From Tricharina praecox (lineage: Eukaryota), in NCBI RefSeq assembly GCF_024521635.1, contig NW_026250420.1:620001-684000 (forward strand): 64,000 nt of DNA. The letters are read 5' to 3'. The translations under genes were made by a program, and so were the position numbers. The notes below the pieces were generated by a model, which was not told the DNA's origin, ran no database searches, and saw only the letters and a list, made by a program, of their open reading frames with translations. Shown in pieces: positions 24,340-38,000 of this stretch. Position 1 is the first letter of the stretch. Each line of letters begins with the position of its first letter.

Positions 24340-27003
24340 TCCTTCCAACACAGCACACTTCAGCATGGGCGCCGAGTGATGGGTGAAGCAACCACTATTA
24401 GTAACCACTTGTAGCACCTATGCACTCCACCTATTGCATAGCGCTCCCGGGTCAGTGACTTCGGCTTGTCATGCATGCTTGGGGACAGGCGGCGGTAATC
24501 GGTAACTACTCTACCCGGTGAGATCTGCTATACAGCAGAGTAGTATAGCCACAGCCCGAGTCTAATCGCCCAGTCCTCGGCAATGCCGACAGAGAAGACA
24601 TGTGTACCTACGGTAGCTAGCCTTGTCTCAGATGTCACAGGTAGTCTCACCAGCCTCGCGAATACGGCGGAAGCCCCGAACTCGCATTCGTGTGCTCCAG
24701 AGTCTAGAGTAGTTACTAAGGTAGAATGCCTAGACTCCCGTGCCATCGTTCCCCGCCTCCTCCACCACCATCACCACCACCACCAATACCACCACCGCGA
24801 TGAAACACCAGCGTTACACGAGCCTTTCACGACTAGCTTGCGGTTAACTGTTACACGGCGCGATCGGGGAAAATACGCGGCTGTCGAATCTCAGCCCTCT
24901 CCTTCGTTCATATGCATGCTAGCCGCAGTCGAATACGGTTCCCGGACACTTTCACAGGTAACCGTCGTCCCTCCCTGCCGGTCCGTCTTCCCGCCCCCCG
25001 CCGTCTAATTCTAGCACCATTTCTTCTCTCTCTCTTCTCTCGACTCTCGAGTATCGCTCTGCTGGATAGTTACCTACGTAGTTGTCCCCCACAATCGATG
25101 CGCTTGGACCATCATCCAGATTCCACAGGACTCGAGTTATTCATAGTACCAGACGGATGATCCCATATGCACGTCCATCCATCCCTACCTTTTCCACCAC
25201 CACCACCGCCTCCAAGACCTCCACCTCCACCACTGACCACTAACCACCGACCATTGCACCAGATCTCCCCGCCCAGGATATAAATAACGGCCCGGAAAGA
25301 AAATCTTGGACCACCACCGACCGAACAAACTTTCCTTCCACTCTGGCGATATTGATTAGCTATGCATAGGTGGCTGCTAACTAGCGTACTGCGGGTGGCT
25401 AGAATATTATTAGAAACTCCCCCCGGACTGGGTAGTACGGTGGGTATGCAGGATACCACACGAGCGTGCTTGTTTGCCCCTCCCCTCCTCCCTCCCCCGC
25501 CAATATCCTCGCTCGCTCGCTTCCCCGCCAATCCGCTCGGGGGCTGTGTATGGGAGAGGGAGGGGAACATGTCTTCTGGATCATCTGGAAGGAAAAGGAA
25601 AAGAAAAAGCCAAGGCCGCACACGATGCCGCTGCATAACTTGCTCAACCTACATACATCTCCTGCGCGGCCAATCATGCACACTGGACTACCGCGAGACG
25701 GAAGAAACCATGCATGTGGCGAGGCGAGGGGGAGTTCAGCTTGTCTCGTTTCTCGACTCTGGACTCTCCGCCGTGGCCAGAGAATATCGGAGTGTATGCT
25801 TAGAGCTCCGCATCGATGTGTGTATGCTCATTGCTCTGCTCATTGCTCATTGTTCATTGCTCGTTGACAATTGACCATTGCTCAGTGCTCATTGGACCTT
25901 GAGTAGCGAGCAAATTCATCCCTTCGAATTCCCCCGATGACCTTGCTCGCCGACTGACGTAGTACGCAGCATTTCTCTTCCTTGAAGTTTGAACGCCATC
26001 CGCGTGCAGCAGCAGCAATAGCGCTAGAAAAGTTTGTTGACCCTGCCTGGAAGCGGACGGACGGACGGACTGATGGACGGACTAATGGACGGATGGTTCA
26101 TTACCCAATGATGCCGCTCGTCCTTGGTGGGCTCCACCATTTCCACCTTTCTCATCGGTGAAAGCAATCACGAATAGGTCGCGTGGGGACCTCGATCGCA
26201 AGTTCGCAATGACGGATCCCCCTCGGCCGTTGCCATCGGAAAAGTGCACGCATTGCCTATGCTACCTATGCTACCTAGCCCCGTCAGTGGAAGAACGGAA
26301 GGAAGAGGGATGGGAGCACCGCATAACTACCCAACTATCCGCCGCCGCCGCTTTCCTGCTCCACCTCCTCCTCCATCATCCACACCCCTCTCCTGCATGT
26401 ACGCTATCTATCTCAAATACAAAGTTATGCTTATTTCGCCTTTGGGTTGCGGTCAGCCGTCACGGCAAGCCCACAGCTCACATGCAATCACTCGACTATA
26501 AGCGGAGACCAACCACGGTGTTTGCTGCGGTGCGGTGCATGTAGGCAGCCAGCCAGGCAAGTGACCGGTTGTGGGCGTTTCAGGTTTCCATACATAGCCA
26601 AATTTCTTCCTGCTCGCGGTGCAGCCGGGTCCACGTTTATTGTTGTGGTTATTGCTATTGTCCGCCCTGCCGCCGTCCTGAAAACGGTATGATAATATAG
26701 GTTGTCGTCGTTGTCGTAGAGTTGGGTAGAGCAAAGCAGAGCAGGGTAGAGTAGAGCATACTACATAGCAGAGTAGAGTAGAGTAGCAAACATCCCAGAA
26801 CCGATGCATCGAAGGCTGAAGCTTCAAGATTCTAATAGCATACCTACATCATACCTACTACTATTAGGACCACCTTTCCCCCTCCGAGCCCTCCCAGGCC
26901 TCCGCCTCCGCCTCCGCCTGCCCCTCCCTCAATCCAACCCCAATCCAACCCAACCCCTCCCGGACCAAAGACCAAAGCATAAAGGTGCTATATTAATCCG
27001 AAA

Positions 27004-27120
27004 CCGAAAGGAAAAGAAAAGGAAAGAAAAGAAAAGAAAAGAAAGAAAAACGAAAACGAAAAAGAAAAGCAAAAGAAAAGAACAGAAAAGAAAAAGGAAA
27101 AGGAAAAGGAAAAGGAAAAG
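27004..27120. repeat. Purine-rich (GAAAA)n low-complexity tract
   Basis: Read directly. Confidence 0.85.
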
Positions 27121-27295
27121 CTTATGTATCATGTATGTATGCTTCGCTCTCGCTCGCTCGCTTGGTCGCTTGCTTGCTCGTTTGGTCGCTTGCTTAAGCT
27201 TTTAGGTTGAGCTGGGGTACTCTAAGCTGGGGTTTGATGTGCCTTCCCCAAAGCCTCAAGACTCAATGCTTCCGATTCATGTACCTATGATTCTA

Positions 27296-27938
27296 AAGTA
27301 TCAGGTCAAAAGTTATCGCCACTCGCCCCAACGAGATCACCACACCACACATGTAGGCCTCTCGAACACCACAACCACACAATAGAAAGTAATACAAATT
27401 TGCATACAGGATGATTAGATACATATCCGGCTTCGACAAAATTTCCAGCCAAAAGAAATCAATATTTTATGCGAAGTTATGCGGCTAACCCAAGTCCCAT
27501 TGTCTCAAGGCTATCCATTTTCAACCACAGATTCTGCGTCCCAAACACGCTGTAAAAAATATTGGACAATTGGAAGTCCTTGTTAACTATTTAGGTGATC
27601 GTATAAGAAACTGGCTCGCAAATATAAGCAGTTGTGGTTGAGCAATGCGGCCCAGGTGAAAATTTTATGGTTGACGCTGGTTGTCATGCAACTTTTTGTA
27701 TGGGAGTCCCATACAAAATGCGAAATCGCCGTTCAAGTCATGTACAAACCCCCATTGAAAGCCACCAATATTGACTAAAAGCGGTCGAATTTTTTATATA
27801 TGAGAGGGCTTATGATTTTGCGGCGTCTGTGAAAGACACAATATTTTTCCGTCAGACGAAGGGTGGGTTTTGGTTACTTGAAAATGGGCATTTTGGGTGT
27901 AAAACGGCCCCTGTGCAAAAACTTTTGACCTAGTACTT
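27296..27938. mobile_element. Non-autonomous Tc1/mariner-like DNA element (MITE), 643 bp
   Basis: 19-bp TIRs AAGTATCAGGTCAAAAGTT / AACTTTTGACCTAGTACTT (2 mismatches), with TA on both flanks (27294-27295 and 27939-27940). The interior is AT-rich and has no long ORF. Confidence 0.75.
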
Positions 27939-28336
27939 TATGTAGCCCAAACCAAACCTCAGCATCCGCATCCGAGCAACTAGGCATGTACCTACAGTGT
28001 TTAAAGTGCAAATAAGCGGATGGACTTATATGCACATAGTAGGTACATATGTAGGGCTGTCAAATTTCGGGGCAGCTGATCCCATCGCCAGGCCAGGCCA
28101 GCGGTCCGTACTCTAACTACCTGCTAACTAACTGTTAACTAACTACTTCTGTAAGTCCATCCCGTAGCAACCGGAAAGCAACCGGAAAGCTCTCGGGCCG
28201 TTCTGACCTCGAAGGCTCCAACCAGGCCTTCGGAGAATTATCATTGATTGACGCCTACTAACTGCTTGGGGCCTGTTCGGATGCCAGCTATATTTTCCAC
28301 CCTTTTGTTTCCGACTCGTTAGAGGTTAGTTGCGTT

Positions 28337-28643
28337 GGGCCTGTTCGGGTGCCAGCTGCATTTTCAAAATTCGCGGTTTTGACGAGTTGAAGGTTACCAA
28401 AGCTGCAGCTGCAAACTCACAACTTCCCGGATGACCCATTTGGCAACCTAGATATTCAACAACATGCCACACTCTTTGTTTTGTATTGTAGCTCGGTTGA
28501 CAATATACAGTTTCTCGAACTGTTAATTTGGGGTGGTGTGCCGAACGCTCACCCATTGCCCGGAAACTGAGGGTTTCAAACTGCATCTAAAGTTTGTGGG
28601 GTAGATTCAAATTTCAAAATGCAGCTACCAACCGAATAGGCCC
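28337..28643. mobile_element. PIF/Harbinger (Tourist-like) MITE, copy 1
   Basis: TIRs GGGCCTGTTCGGGTGCCAGCTGCATTTT / AAAATGCAGCTACCAACCGAATAGGCCC. The interior matches 41321-41656 in inverted orientation. An extra solo TIR-like copy lies at about 28269-28297. Confidence 0.75.
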
Positions 28644-29266
28644 TATCGAAGCTAGTTTCAAACCTCAAAGCTTCAAAACTTGGCTTGGAACTTGGCGATG
28701 AACACACTCGCAATCGCAATCGCAATCGCATGACCGAACATACGTACTCTAACCAGGAGGATGGCATTGATACCGAAGCCGTCCGTCCTCACACGCACAC
28801 GTCCGCTACTACAACAGCAGCAATCGATCGATCAAGCACGCAAGTAATTAAGCAAGCAATTTACCAAGCCATCAAGAAATGCAATGCAAAGCAGTGCAAG
28901 CACTCCAAGTAATGCAATGCAAAAACCCCACGATCTTCCGTTGCCAAACCAACCAACCAACAGACTATGTAACTCAAACAAAGAATCGAGGCGGTTCCCC
29001 GTGGCCGCCCCAACTGTGTACTCCTGCGGACGTCCGTCTAAACCCTCAGGGATACATCTCATCGGCCACAGCCAATATTGTTTCAAAATTCATATTTCCA
29101 TTCCCGGATCGTTACTATGAACCTACATACTACAGCACTGCTTATACATAACCACATAGCGACCACTGCACACAAACTCCCCCTCCCCCTAAATCCCCCC
29201 CTCCCCCCCTCCCCCCTCCCCGCTGGGCCCCCTCCCCTCCGCCATCGTCGTCATGCGCGCGAATCT

Positions 29267-29437
29267 ATGGTATAGATGGTATAGATGGTATAGATGGTAT
29301 AGATGGTATAGATGGTATAGATGGTATAGATGGTATAGATGGTATAGATGGTATAGATGGTATAGATGGTATAGATGGTATAGATGGTATAGATGGTATA
29401 GATGGTATAGATGGTATAGATGGTATAGATGGTATAG
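29267..29437. repeat. Perfect 9-bp tandem repeat (ATGGTATAG), about 19 copies
   Basis: Read directly; about 410 bp downstream of the Zn2Cys6 gene stop. Confidence 0.97.
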
Positions 29438-29847
29438 AATGGACCGAGATAGATAATAATATATGTTGCTGGTGGTGGAAAACCAGAAAACTGAAATTGA
29501 AATGTGATGGGTAACCGTTTCCCTACATACCTCCACCTCCACCTCGTATATGCAAGAGCAGGCAGGCACCAGGCATGGGGTGCTTTAGTATGGAAGAGGA
29601 ATAATGAAGGAAAGAAAAAGAAAAGAAAAGAAAGAGAGAAAAAGAAAAAGAAAAAAAGAAAAGAAAAGAGAATATTCGTTCCAAATATGTATGAAGTATG
29701 GTAAAGGATCAGGGAGAAAATGAAAAAGGAAAAAAAGAAAAAACAGCCGTTTAATCGTCTACTTCATCAAACAGAAACAAGAAGGAAAAAAGAAAAGAAA
29801 GAAAGAAAAAAGAAGAGAAAACCGAAAATGCCCCGAGCACAGCCGCT

Positions 29848-32044
29848 CTATGATCCCTCCCTCCACATCGCATGAGCGATAAAGTCGCTGGCGGTGAAAG
29901 AGCTCTGAACATCCTGTGGAGGATGCGGCGGTGGTGGTATGTAGCCTCCTCCGGTATTGACCATGGCATACTCCGGAAACGCGCCGAAATCCCATCCGCC
30001 GAGATGGTTCGTGTGTAGTGGTGAGGATGTAGCTGTAGCGGCGGCGGTAGTGGTGGTGGTAGAAGGTGGTGGTGGAGGCACCACGCCCGTTGCTCGTCGC
30101 CAGTCCATTCGTTCCCGAAAGTGCTTCACCATCTCCAAGGGGAAGCCCATCAGCTCCAGGCCCCCCCGGGCTGCGGCAGCTGCATCTGCGGAGGTGGTTG
30201 TCGCCGTTGTCGCCTGCTGTAGTAGTGTTCGGTGAATCTGTTCGATGGGTCCCACGCTCATGGTGCCAAAGTAGGCGGCACCGACGGCCGGGAAAAGAGG
30301 TTCGACGGCCAGAGCCACGCCGTAAAAGTGCGCGAGTAGCACCATGACACTCGGATCCGTCCGTCCTCTGCGCAGAAAGTCTATCGGAAGGAAAAATAAC
30401 CATTCTCGGAGCGGGTGCATGAGATGGAATTGTTCTTCTGCCGAATGCGCCGGTATTTTGTCCTGTAGCTCCTGTACAAAGCTCACCAGGTCTTCGAGAC
30501 CCTTGAGCGCCTGATCGTTGGTGTCCGGTCCCTGTGGCTGGCTCCGGAAATACTCCATGAGCGGAAGTAGGCATTGGTACACGTGGTCCACCACATAGCG
30601 ATCCCGCTGCGGATCTAAAATCTGTTGTCGGAGGGAGCCCCGTGTGAAAACATCCCCTTCCTCCATGAACTCTGCAAACTCGCTCTCGTGCTTCCAGGCC
30701 TGCATCGCATCGATGACGGTCGATGTACCCTGTAGCAGACTCGCCCAAGACCGCCTGAACGACACGATTTCATGTCAGCTGGTGGTCTCGCCCAAGACCA
30801 AGTATGGATGTTGGTGCCATGGGGAAGGGGAAGGGGGAGGGAAGGTGTCGGAAGCAATAAACTAACCAGTCGGTTACTTGCCACGAGAGAAGGATAGATG
30901 CAGCAAGCACAGCGTCCGAGTTCTCTTTCGAGAAGTCACCGATCGATTGCTGCAGGCCCTGAAAAGCGAGTCCACGGTGTTGATAGGCTAGCTGCAGCGT
31001 TGCGTAGGATTCCGTCAACCACGACAGGTGAGATGCGGAAAGGCCCAGCAAAGAATGCATCACGAAATCGTGCTTCGACGCAATCGTCAGGAACCTGTTT
31101 TGCAAGATTAGCCTCTGCAGCTGCCTATGCGGGGGAAGGGGTGGCGGAGAGGGTTGGGGTGGGACATGATCGTGTCCGCGTGGTCACTGACATTGGAACC
31201 CTCTTGGTCCAGATCGCAGAGTTGCTCGGTTCCACAGCTTGCATCTGCGATGCGATGGACGAGATGTGGTGGATCAGTCGGAGGTCCGTGGGCGAGTATC
31301 GTGTGGGGGACGGGTGGCTTTCGAGGCCCAGGTTGGGAAACGGGTATACACCGGTTTTCCTCCAGGTGTCGAGCTCCCGTTCGATTTGCGGTGTCATCTT
31401 GAGGTCCGGGATGCCTTCGACCGGACCTCCGTCCTGATAGTCACATCTTACGTTATGTTTGGTGCAATTGCGACTACGATTGAGATTACAGACCCATTAG
31501 CCAGCTGTCGCCGATACGGGATCGAAAGACAAAAAAACAATAGGAAGCCAGAAGACAGTGCCCTGATCCGAAGCCACTCGTCTCCCCCACTCACCGCCCC
31601 CTTCCTCCATGCCTCCCTCCGTACCTCCGTACCTCTCTTCCTCCCTCCCTCCCTCCAACCATCCGTCCCCCACTTCCCCCATCCCCGAATCATGCACACA
31701 CACTCGTTCACACTCACTCACCATTGCGGGGTTGTTTCATCACAACGGATATGTCTCTTCTTGCAGGTTTTACAACCCTTCCTTGACTTTGTATGGCTCC
31801 TGCGGGACTGAACTGTGGGGCCACCGTTGGCAGTAACGGCCGACGCCGAAGAGGAAGTAGAAGACATTCTTGATCGAGGAGAGGTTGGCGATGTCAGTTT
31901 CGACTGCTGCTGCTGTTGCTGTTTCTGCTGTTTCTGCTGCTTGTCGAGCGGGTACGAGAGGACTTCCGAGAGCTTCGCAACTCGATATCGAGGAGATCTA
32001 CCTGGGGACCGGGAGCTCTGCTGTTTCTGGGCGCGGGGTGACAT
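29848..32044 (-). CDS. Zn(II)2Cys6 transcription factor, UPC2/ECM22-like, about 579 aa; exons 32044-31722, 31473-31192, 31094-30867 and 30754-29848
   Basis: The spliced product reads RRSHTKSRKGCKTCKKRHIRCDETTPQC|RNCTKHNVRCDY (6 Cys), followed by a fungal TF domain (FVMHSLLGLSASHL..ENSDAVLAASILLSWQ). Three GT-AG introns with branch points preserve the frame. The start could alternatively be the ATG at 31867. Confidence 0.9.
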
Positions 32045-35000
32045 CGTGCGGCGGGATGTCCTGGTATTTGAACCCAACGGGGGGTGGAAGCTTCTCAAGT
32101 GGATCTCCCACAAACTCCGATATGCAATGCACCACTCCCCACCTGGGATCGCGCGTAGGGCTCGGGATGGTGGTTGGTGGGACAGGACAGGACGGATGAG
32201 CTCAAGGGTGATGTGATGTGGACGGAAACCCGTGGCAACAGCTACTCCTACTACTGTAGGAGGTGACGGAGTACCCGAGTCGAACCCAGACGAAATAGAT
32301 GAGATCTAGAGAGGGGGAGGGGGGGATAGGCAGACGGATATTCGAAAGATGAAACCACAGGGGGGTGGGGGACCAAAATCCAGGGCGGGAAACGAGCTTC
32401 GTTGTATGTAGTGCTTTGCGGCACGTATGACTCAGAAAGGTAGGAGAAGCCGGGCGGACAGTGGTGCATACATCGACATAAACTAGGCTTCGGAGAGAGA
32501 GGAAGCGGGAGCGAGGAGCTTGGTGCCTTCATAAGCAGCTGGACTGGGGGGAGCGGAGGTGCGGGGGGATGGGAGATGGGGGGATGGGAGATGGGGGGAT
32601 GGGATCGCAGGCAGTGGCAGTGGCAGTGGCAGTGGCAGCGGTCGAACGATGGATGGATGGATGGATGGACGGATGGGCCACGCAAGGCGACACGACCCTG
32701 CTTGCCCTCTGATATGTGTTTTCCTGCCAAGTGTCTGGGGGGACTTTAAAAAAAGGGTAATGAAAGAAGTCAGCACACATTAGTTTTTTGTGGATGGACC
32801 AAAGGTGAAGGAGGAGTCTTTCTGGCGAGTCACAATCAGCCCAGCCCAGTGCGTGGTACTGTACTGGTGTTGCTGTTTCTGCTGGTGCTGCTGCTTGCTT
32901 GCTTGCTTTCCGGGTGGAGGTTGCACGCCAACAACACAGCCTCGTGTAACGGTGTGCTTGAGCGAACAGTTTGTGAGACTCGCAGGAAGGTACGAACCCG
33001 ATTGACGGGTTCGACTTCTTCTGGGGTGGGCCCCAAAAAAGGAACAGAATCGAAGAAACCCAAAGCTGCCCACAACCTGCAACCAAGTTCCCAAGTGCCC
33101 CTGCCCCCCCCTCTGAATCCTAGAGCAATGCAGGGTGGGAGTGATCTTGGCCGCAGTGGAGGGTGTGTAACCGTGGCGCCCTCAGAGACCCGGGACGCCA
33201 AAAATGACGAGGGATCAGCCTCGCAGGGTCACTCTAGTGGTTACCTACTACTCTGCTAGACTAGACTCTACTCTAGCAGCTGCTAGCCACATCTTCTAGG
33301 GAGCCCCGTTTTAGATGCAAAGCTACTCTAAGCAAATCTTGACCGACGACAACAACGACGACGGCTCACTTCATCGATATTCCTATGCTGGGACCGACAG
33401 CGGTGTCCGTAGTCCCGCCGTAACTCTAGTGGAGCAGGTACATGTATGTAAACTACTCCAGCAACTAAGGCCACGGCAGTTGCTCCCGCCTACTAGTTGT
33501 ACATACTTACATAACAATGAAGATTCTAGTTCCATCTATGGAGGTACTATTGGGCTATAAACCGCACTCGCTGCTGGCATGTATGTACATGGAGATATGC
33601 ACTTAGGTACATACTCCTGTCGCTGAGGGGTTTCCCACGCCGAGACAGCTTGGTGGTTCATACCTGGTATGTAGTGTGTAATCACTACGGCACAGTCGGC
33701 GTGATTGAAGCCGCAGTCAGCCAGCCATCCAGTCTTTCTCTGAGATAAGTATATACCGGCACCATATACATCACGAGTGGTCCAACGGATAGATATGAAA
33801 CCAGCCAAGTATGTGCATATGATATACAGCGTAAGTACCGTCCAGTAATTTGAGAGCCATTTCTTACGCCATGCCGTAGAGAGTCTAGAGACCGGTAGGG
33901 CGTATGTATATTCATACACAGTTATGATACTAGATATTCTCTCGACTCTCGCGCTGCAGATCGGGAACAGGCCTGGTCGGGAGTCGGAACTTCTTCGCCG
34001 TAGTATACTTCATAGTAGCGTGTCGGCATCTCTGCCGATACCTGCCCAAGCAACTAACCTATGTACTCGAGACTCCTCTCGGCGGCAAGTCGATCGCTAT
34101 ATAGGCTGGGGGCATGGATGGATGGCTAGTTACCCCGCTCGAAGCAAAGCACCGCTGGTTGTGTGTGCATGGTGTGCAGTGTGCAGTGGGTAGTTAGTGG
34201 GAAACGCATCTGATCTGAACATTCAACAATGTCGGTGGCGCAGTCACGGCCTTCCTTGCGTATGTACATATAAGTTTACATGGTTAACTACGTCCGAACT
34301 CTAAATGGTGGTTCTTCACTAGTATTTAGTCTGTAGTTTCGAACTGCGTGAGACGGTGACCGACCGCCGAGTGCATCGATCTGCACGCCGCGCAGACATT
34401 CGAGGCTGCTGTGATCATCTCCCCCGGGCCCCAGAAAAACAACCTGTAAGCCTCGTCGAGAGCGGCGGATGGAACGGATGACCATGACCATGACCGGCCG
34501 TGACCGTGACCTGGCGAACCCCAAGATCTATAAGTGCGCTCGATGGGCGATTAGAGAGTACTATAGTTGTGTACGTACAGGGAACGCACTGCGGGCGTGC
34601 GGTCGATATACCGTAGTGAAGCTGTGTGCCCCCGTTGGCCGTTGGGGCCGTTGTGCCGTGCCGTGGGACAGGACGACTGGTCCTGGTTGCTGATGTTGCG
34701 GAGCGACTACTTTACACGGTATATACATAGATGGATGGATGAATACTCACCACTACAGGCTACAGCTTAAGATAGGAACACATGTACATATGTACATATC
34801 ATACTCTGCACTGATTCTCTCAAGGAGCTCCGGCTAACCAACTACCTACTACCTAAATCCAAACAACTGACCAGACTGACTGTGCCACCAGTGACCAGAT
34901 ACCGGTACATGTCGAGCTGACGGGGTTCAAGGTTGGCGATCCGCCATATGCTGATGATGATCTCACCGAGTAGAGTAGAGTACCCAGTTCTAGCGGTGCG

Positions 35001-38000
35001 GTGCGGGTAAGGCGCCTTCCCCACTCCGAACGGCTTCTGGTGACCCACATGCCAGGCAGACAGGATACAACTCCGAGTCGGTATAGCGAGAGAGGGGGAG
35101 TGGCAGAGAGGGACTGAGCAAACCGCCCGGCCCCCAGCGGAACGGGCAGAGGAGAGAGCGACGTCACGTCACGTCACGGTTGCAACTTGCAGGAAGCGTA
35201 TGGATTTGGAATCATCCATAATACTCCCCGGTACCTAGGAGCCAGATGCCAGCCCCTCGGCGAATCGGGCATACGCAGGCCGGGACAAGTCTCCCGCGCC
35301 GGGCGACAGCGGTAGGTGTATGAGTGTGTATGAGTGTACTTGTACCTATGTGTAAGTGAGAGGGGTCTCGCCGGGAAGGGGGGGCGTCTGGGGAGGTCTC
35401 GCTTTTCCCCCGGTTGCATGTGTGCAAAGCGAGCCAGCCAGCCAACTATCGTGCTAAGCAAGTATGTACTTTACTGGTACTTGGCCGGCGGAGCATGTGA
35501 CGATCCTGACGGGGCAGGATCGTGTGTCGTGTATCGTGTATCGTGTATCGTGTGTCGTGTGTCGTGTGTCGTGTGTCGTGTGGCAAACAAACCGTCCAAC
35601 TTTCGGCGCAACCCCCGAACGAGCGAGTTTCGAAATTCGGCCCGCCTCCGTAGTTTTTTTTTTCCTTTCTCACTGCCTTGCTGTCAGCCGACAAAGAAAG
35701 GAAGAAAAAAATAGGGCTGCCTAAATTCCTTCTATGTGCTCTAGGTAGAGTACTCTAACTATGGGCCTGATGCAAGACATCGGCGTTGACCGGCGACGGT
35801 CCGACGGGCAATGCGGTTAGACGCGCTCTCGCCAATGGTGCCCAGTTTTGGTAACGTGTCGTTCCTCTCAACTAACTAGAGCGTGTAGTTAGTAGGTAGG
35901 AAGCGAGTCCCACCAAAGATCTAAAAGTACATCCATTACCTTCTTAGGTACATGTGTGTACAGTGTACACTGAGTGAAAGAAACCTCGCACGTATGCAAA
36001 GTATCGGCTGCACGGTGGAATACTTTGGTATGATTGACAGCCAGCACTGATGGCCGAGGGGGGATGTAGGCAGGACCGAAGAATCCGCCCAGGCTGTGTT
36101 GTGTGGCACAGAGGCGCTGTAGGAGCTCAATGGGCTTCTGTCAGTCTGTCTGCATGGACGACTGCGGTGTCTCGCTGATGTGTCCACTCCGTCCACTGTC
36201 GACAAATCCCCACTTATAATTGGGACTCGCTTCCGAATGGATGTAATAGCGTGGGTGGAGAGCTGCCTGTACTAGGTATACTAGACTACCCCCCTTCCCC
36301 CACCCCGGAAATGTATATATTTGGAGCCGAAAAAGATCGTTCCGGTTGAATAGATACGGCCCAGGTTTTTTTTTGCGCTTGGCCATGGTGTGATAACCTG
36401 TGATCGGATCGATGAGCGCCCTGCGCCACACACACAGCGACCCCTCTCGTATCACGCAAGCATGTCATCATCGGAACAAGTTTATCCCTTAGCATCGGAA
36501 TACATAGGCATGTGTTTACACACCTTGGGGATACCAGTCGATCTGCACCGAAAAAACGTAAGCCGGTTGCGGAACATAAGGCGTGCGCCTCGCCTCGCCT
36601 CCCACGCGGCCGGTTGGCACCATAGGATTATGGTCATCCATAGGACCACAGCCTGCAACCCATCTCTCTTCTATTCATATTCCATGCAGATCTTCCGTCC
36701 AGATGTAACCGTTGCAAGTGCCGGGCCCAAACGGATGATGAGGATGGCGAGCCCGAAGGATGGAATGTTGCCAGTAAGCATACGAGCTTAGTATGTGAGT
36801 ACAACGGGAAGACCAGCCTCGTGTCTTAGAGACTCGGCGAGTATGTATTGGTGGATATGCGATAAACGTCGGTTCTCGATATGTATGCACCGCCGAATAG
36901 CCTGGGCGTTGCAGGTTGCCGATCCAGTGCCAGCGACGATATGCGACGTGGTAAAAGTTATGTACCGTAAACCCATCAAGTAGAGATGTGCTGGACCATC
37001 GCCGTTCGCTAGAGTATACTGCTATGCTTTCTCGGACGTATGCATACAGATGGCCTTCACGTGAAGGGAACTGTCGGACCAATCCACCGTGGTGTTAGCC
37101 TCGCCTGTTCCTAAGAACAACAACAGCGCAACCCAAGTATGCATGTTTCTGCCTTGTATCGAACGAATCCTGGTGGCAGGTAGCAGGGGCACGACGGGTA
37201 CTGATAGGGAGTGTTTCTGCGTGTGCGGTAGTTATACCGGGAGACCCAGGCCACAGACAGGAACGTATCGGCGCGCCCCTCGCGCGGGAGCGATAGTAAC
37301 GCAGGTCGGAGTCCCCCTCCCGCGCATTCTTCTGATGTCGATGTGTCACCCCCACTTGTCATCGGTACATCTCACTCGAACCATTCCGACCGCTCCCACA
37401 GTCCCGCTAGTTATTTCCGTAGCAGCAGCTGCCGTTTCATCTTGACTGACCGAATAGGTAGATATGTGCATAGCATGAAGATCTGATCCCGGCGACGGTA
37501 TGTAGTAGTTAGTGTGGAATCTGTTACCGAGAATAGAGACGAAGGATTATCACATTGCCCTCACCCCCCTGGTCAACCCGGTGCAATGACTATCCGGCGC
37601 GCGCAGCACCCAACCACCATCTTCGAGACAGGCGACCCACCGGCAGCTACATCAGCCTACTTCACTCTACTCGACTGCACTCTACTTTACCCTAGAGTAG
37701 AGTACAGCGACCGAATCGTCTGTATCGATAGTGTCAAAGACGGAAAGAGAGATACCCGCAGAAGGCGCGCGAATGCGGTAGGAGGAGCCGGCCGAGTATA
37801 ACCACTCGAGTATGCACTCGAATAGGTACCAGTAGTGTCTTGATTAGAATTTGAGAGCGCATTATTTGGCTGTAACCAAGTAGAGTAGGGCACGCCTTGA
37901 TTCACTAGAGTACTGTACGGTAGCTATCGGGGTAAGCCGTGGGTGTTCTCCGCATATCTGGATCTGCAAAGGAGATGTCCTCATGAGGGTGACGGTGAGG

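Noticed and set aside
29189..29569. (LYH)n and (WYR)n ORFs
   Set aside because: Translation of the 9-bp tandem repeat.
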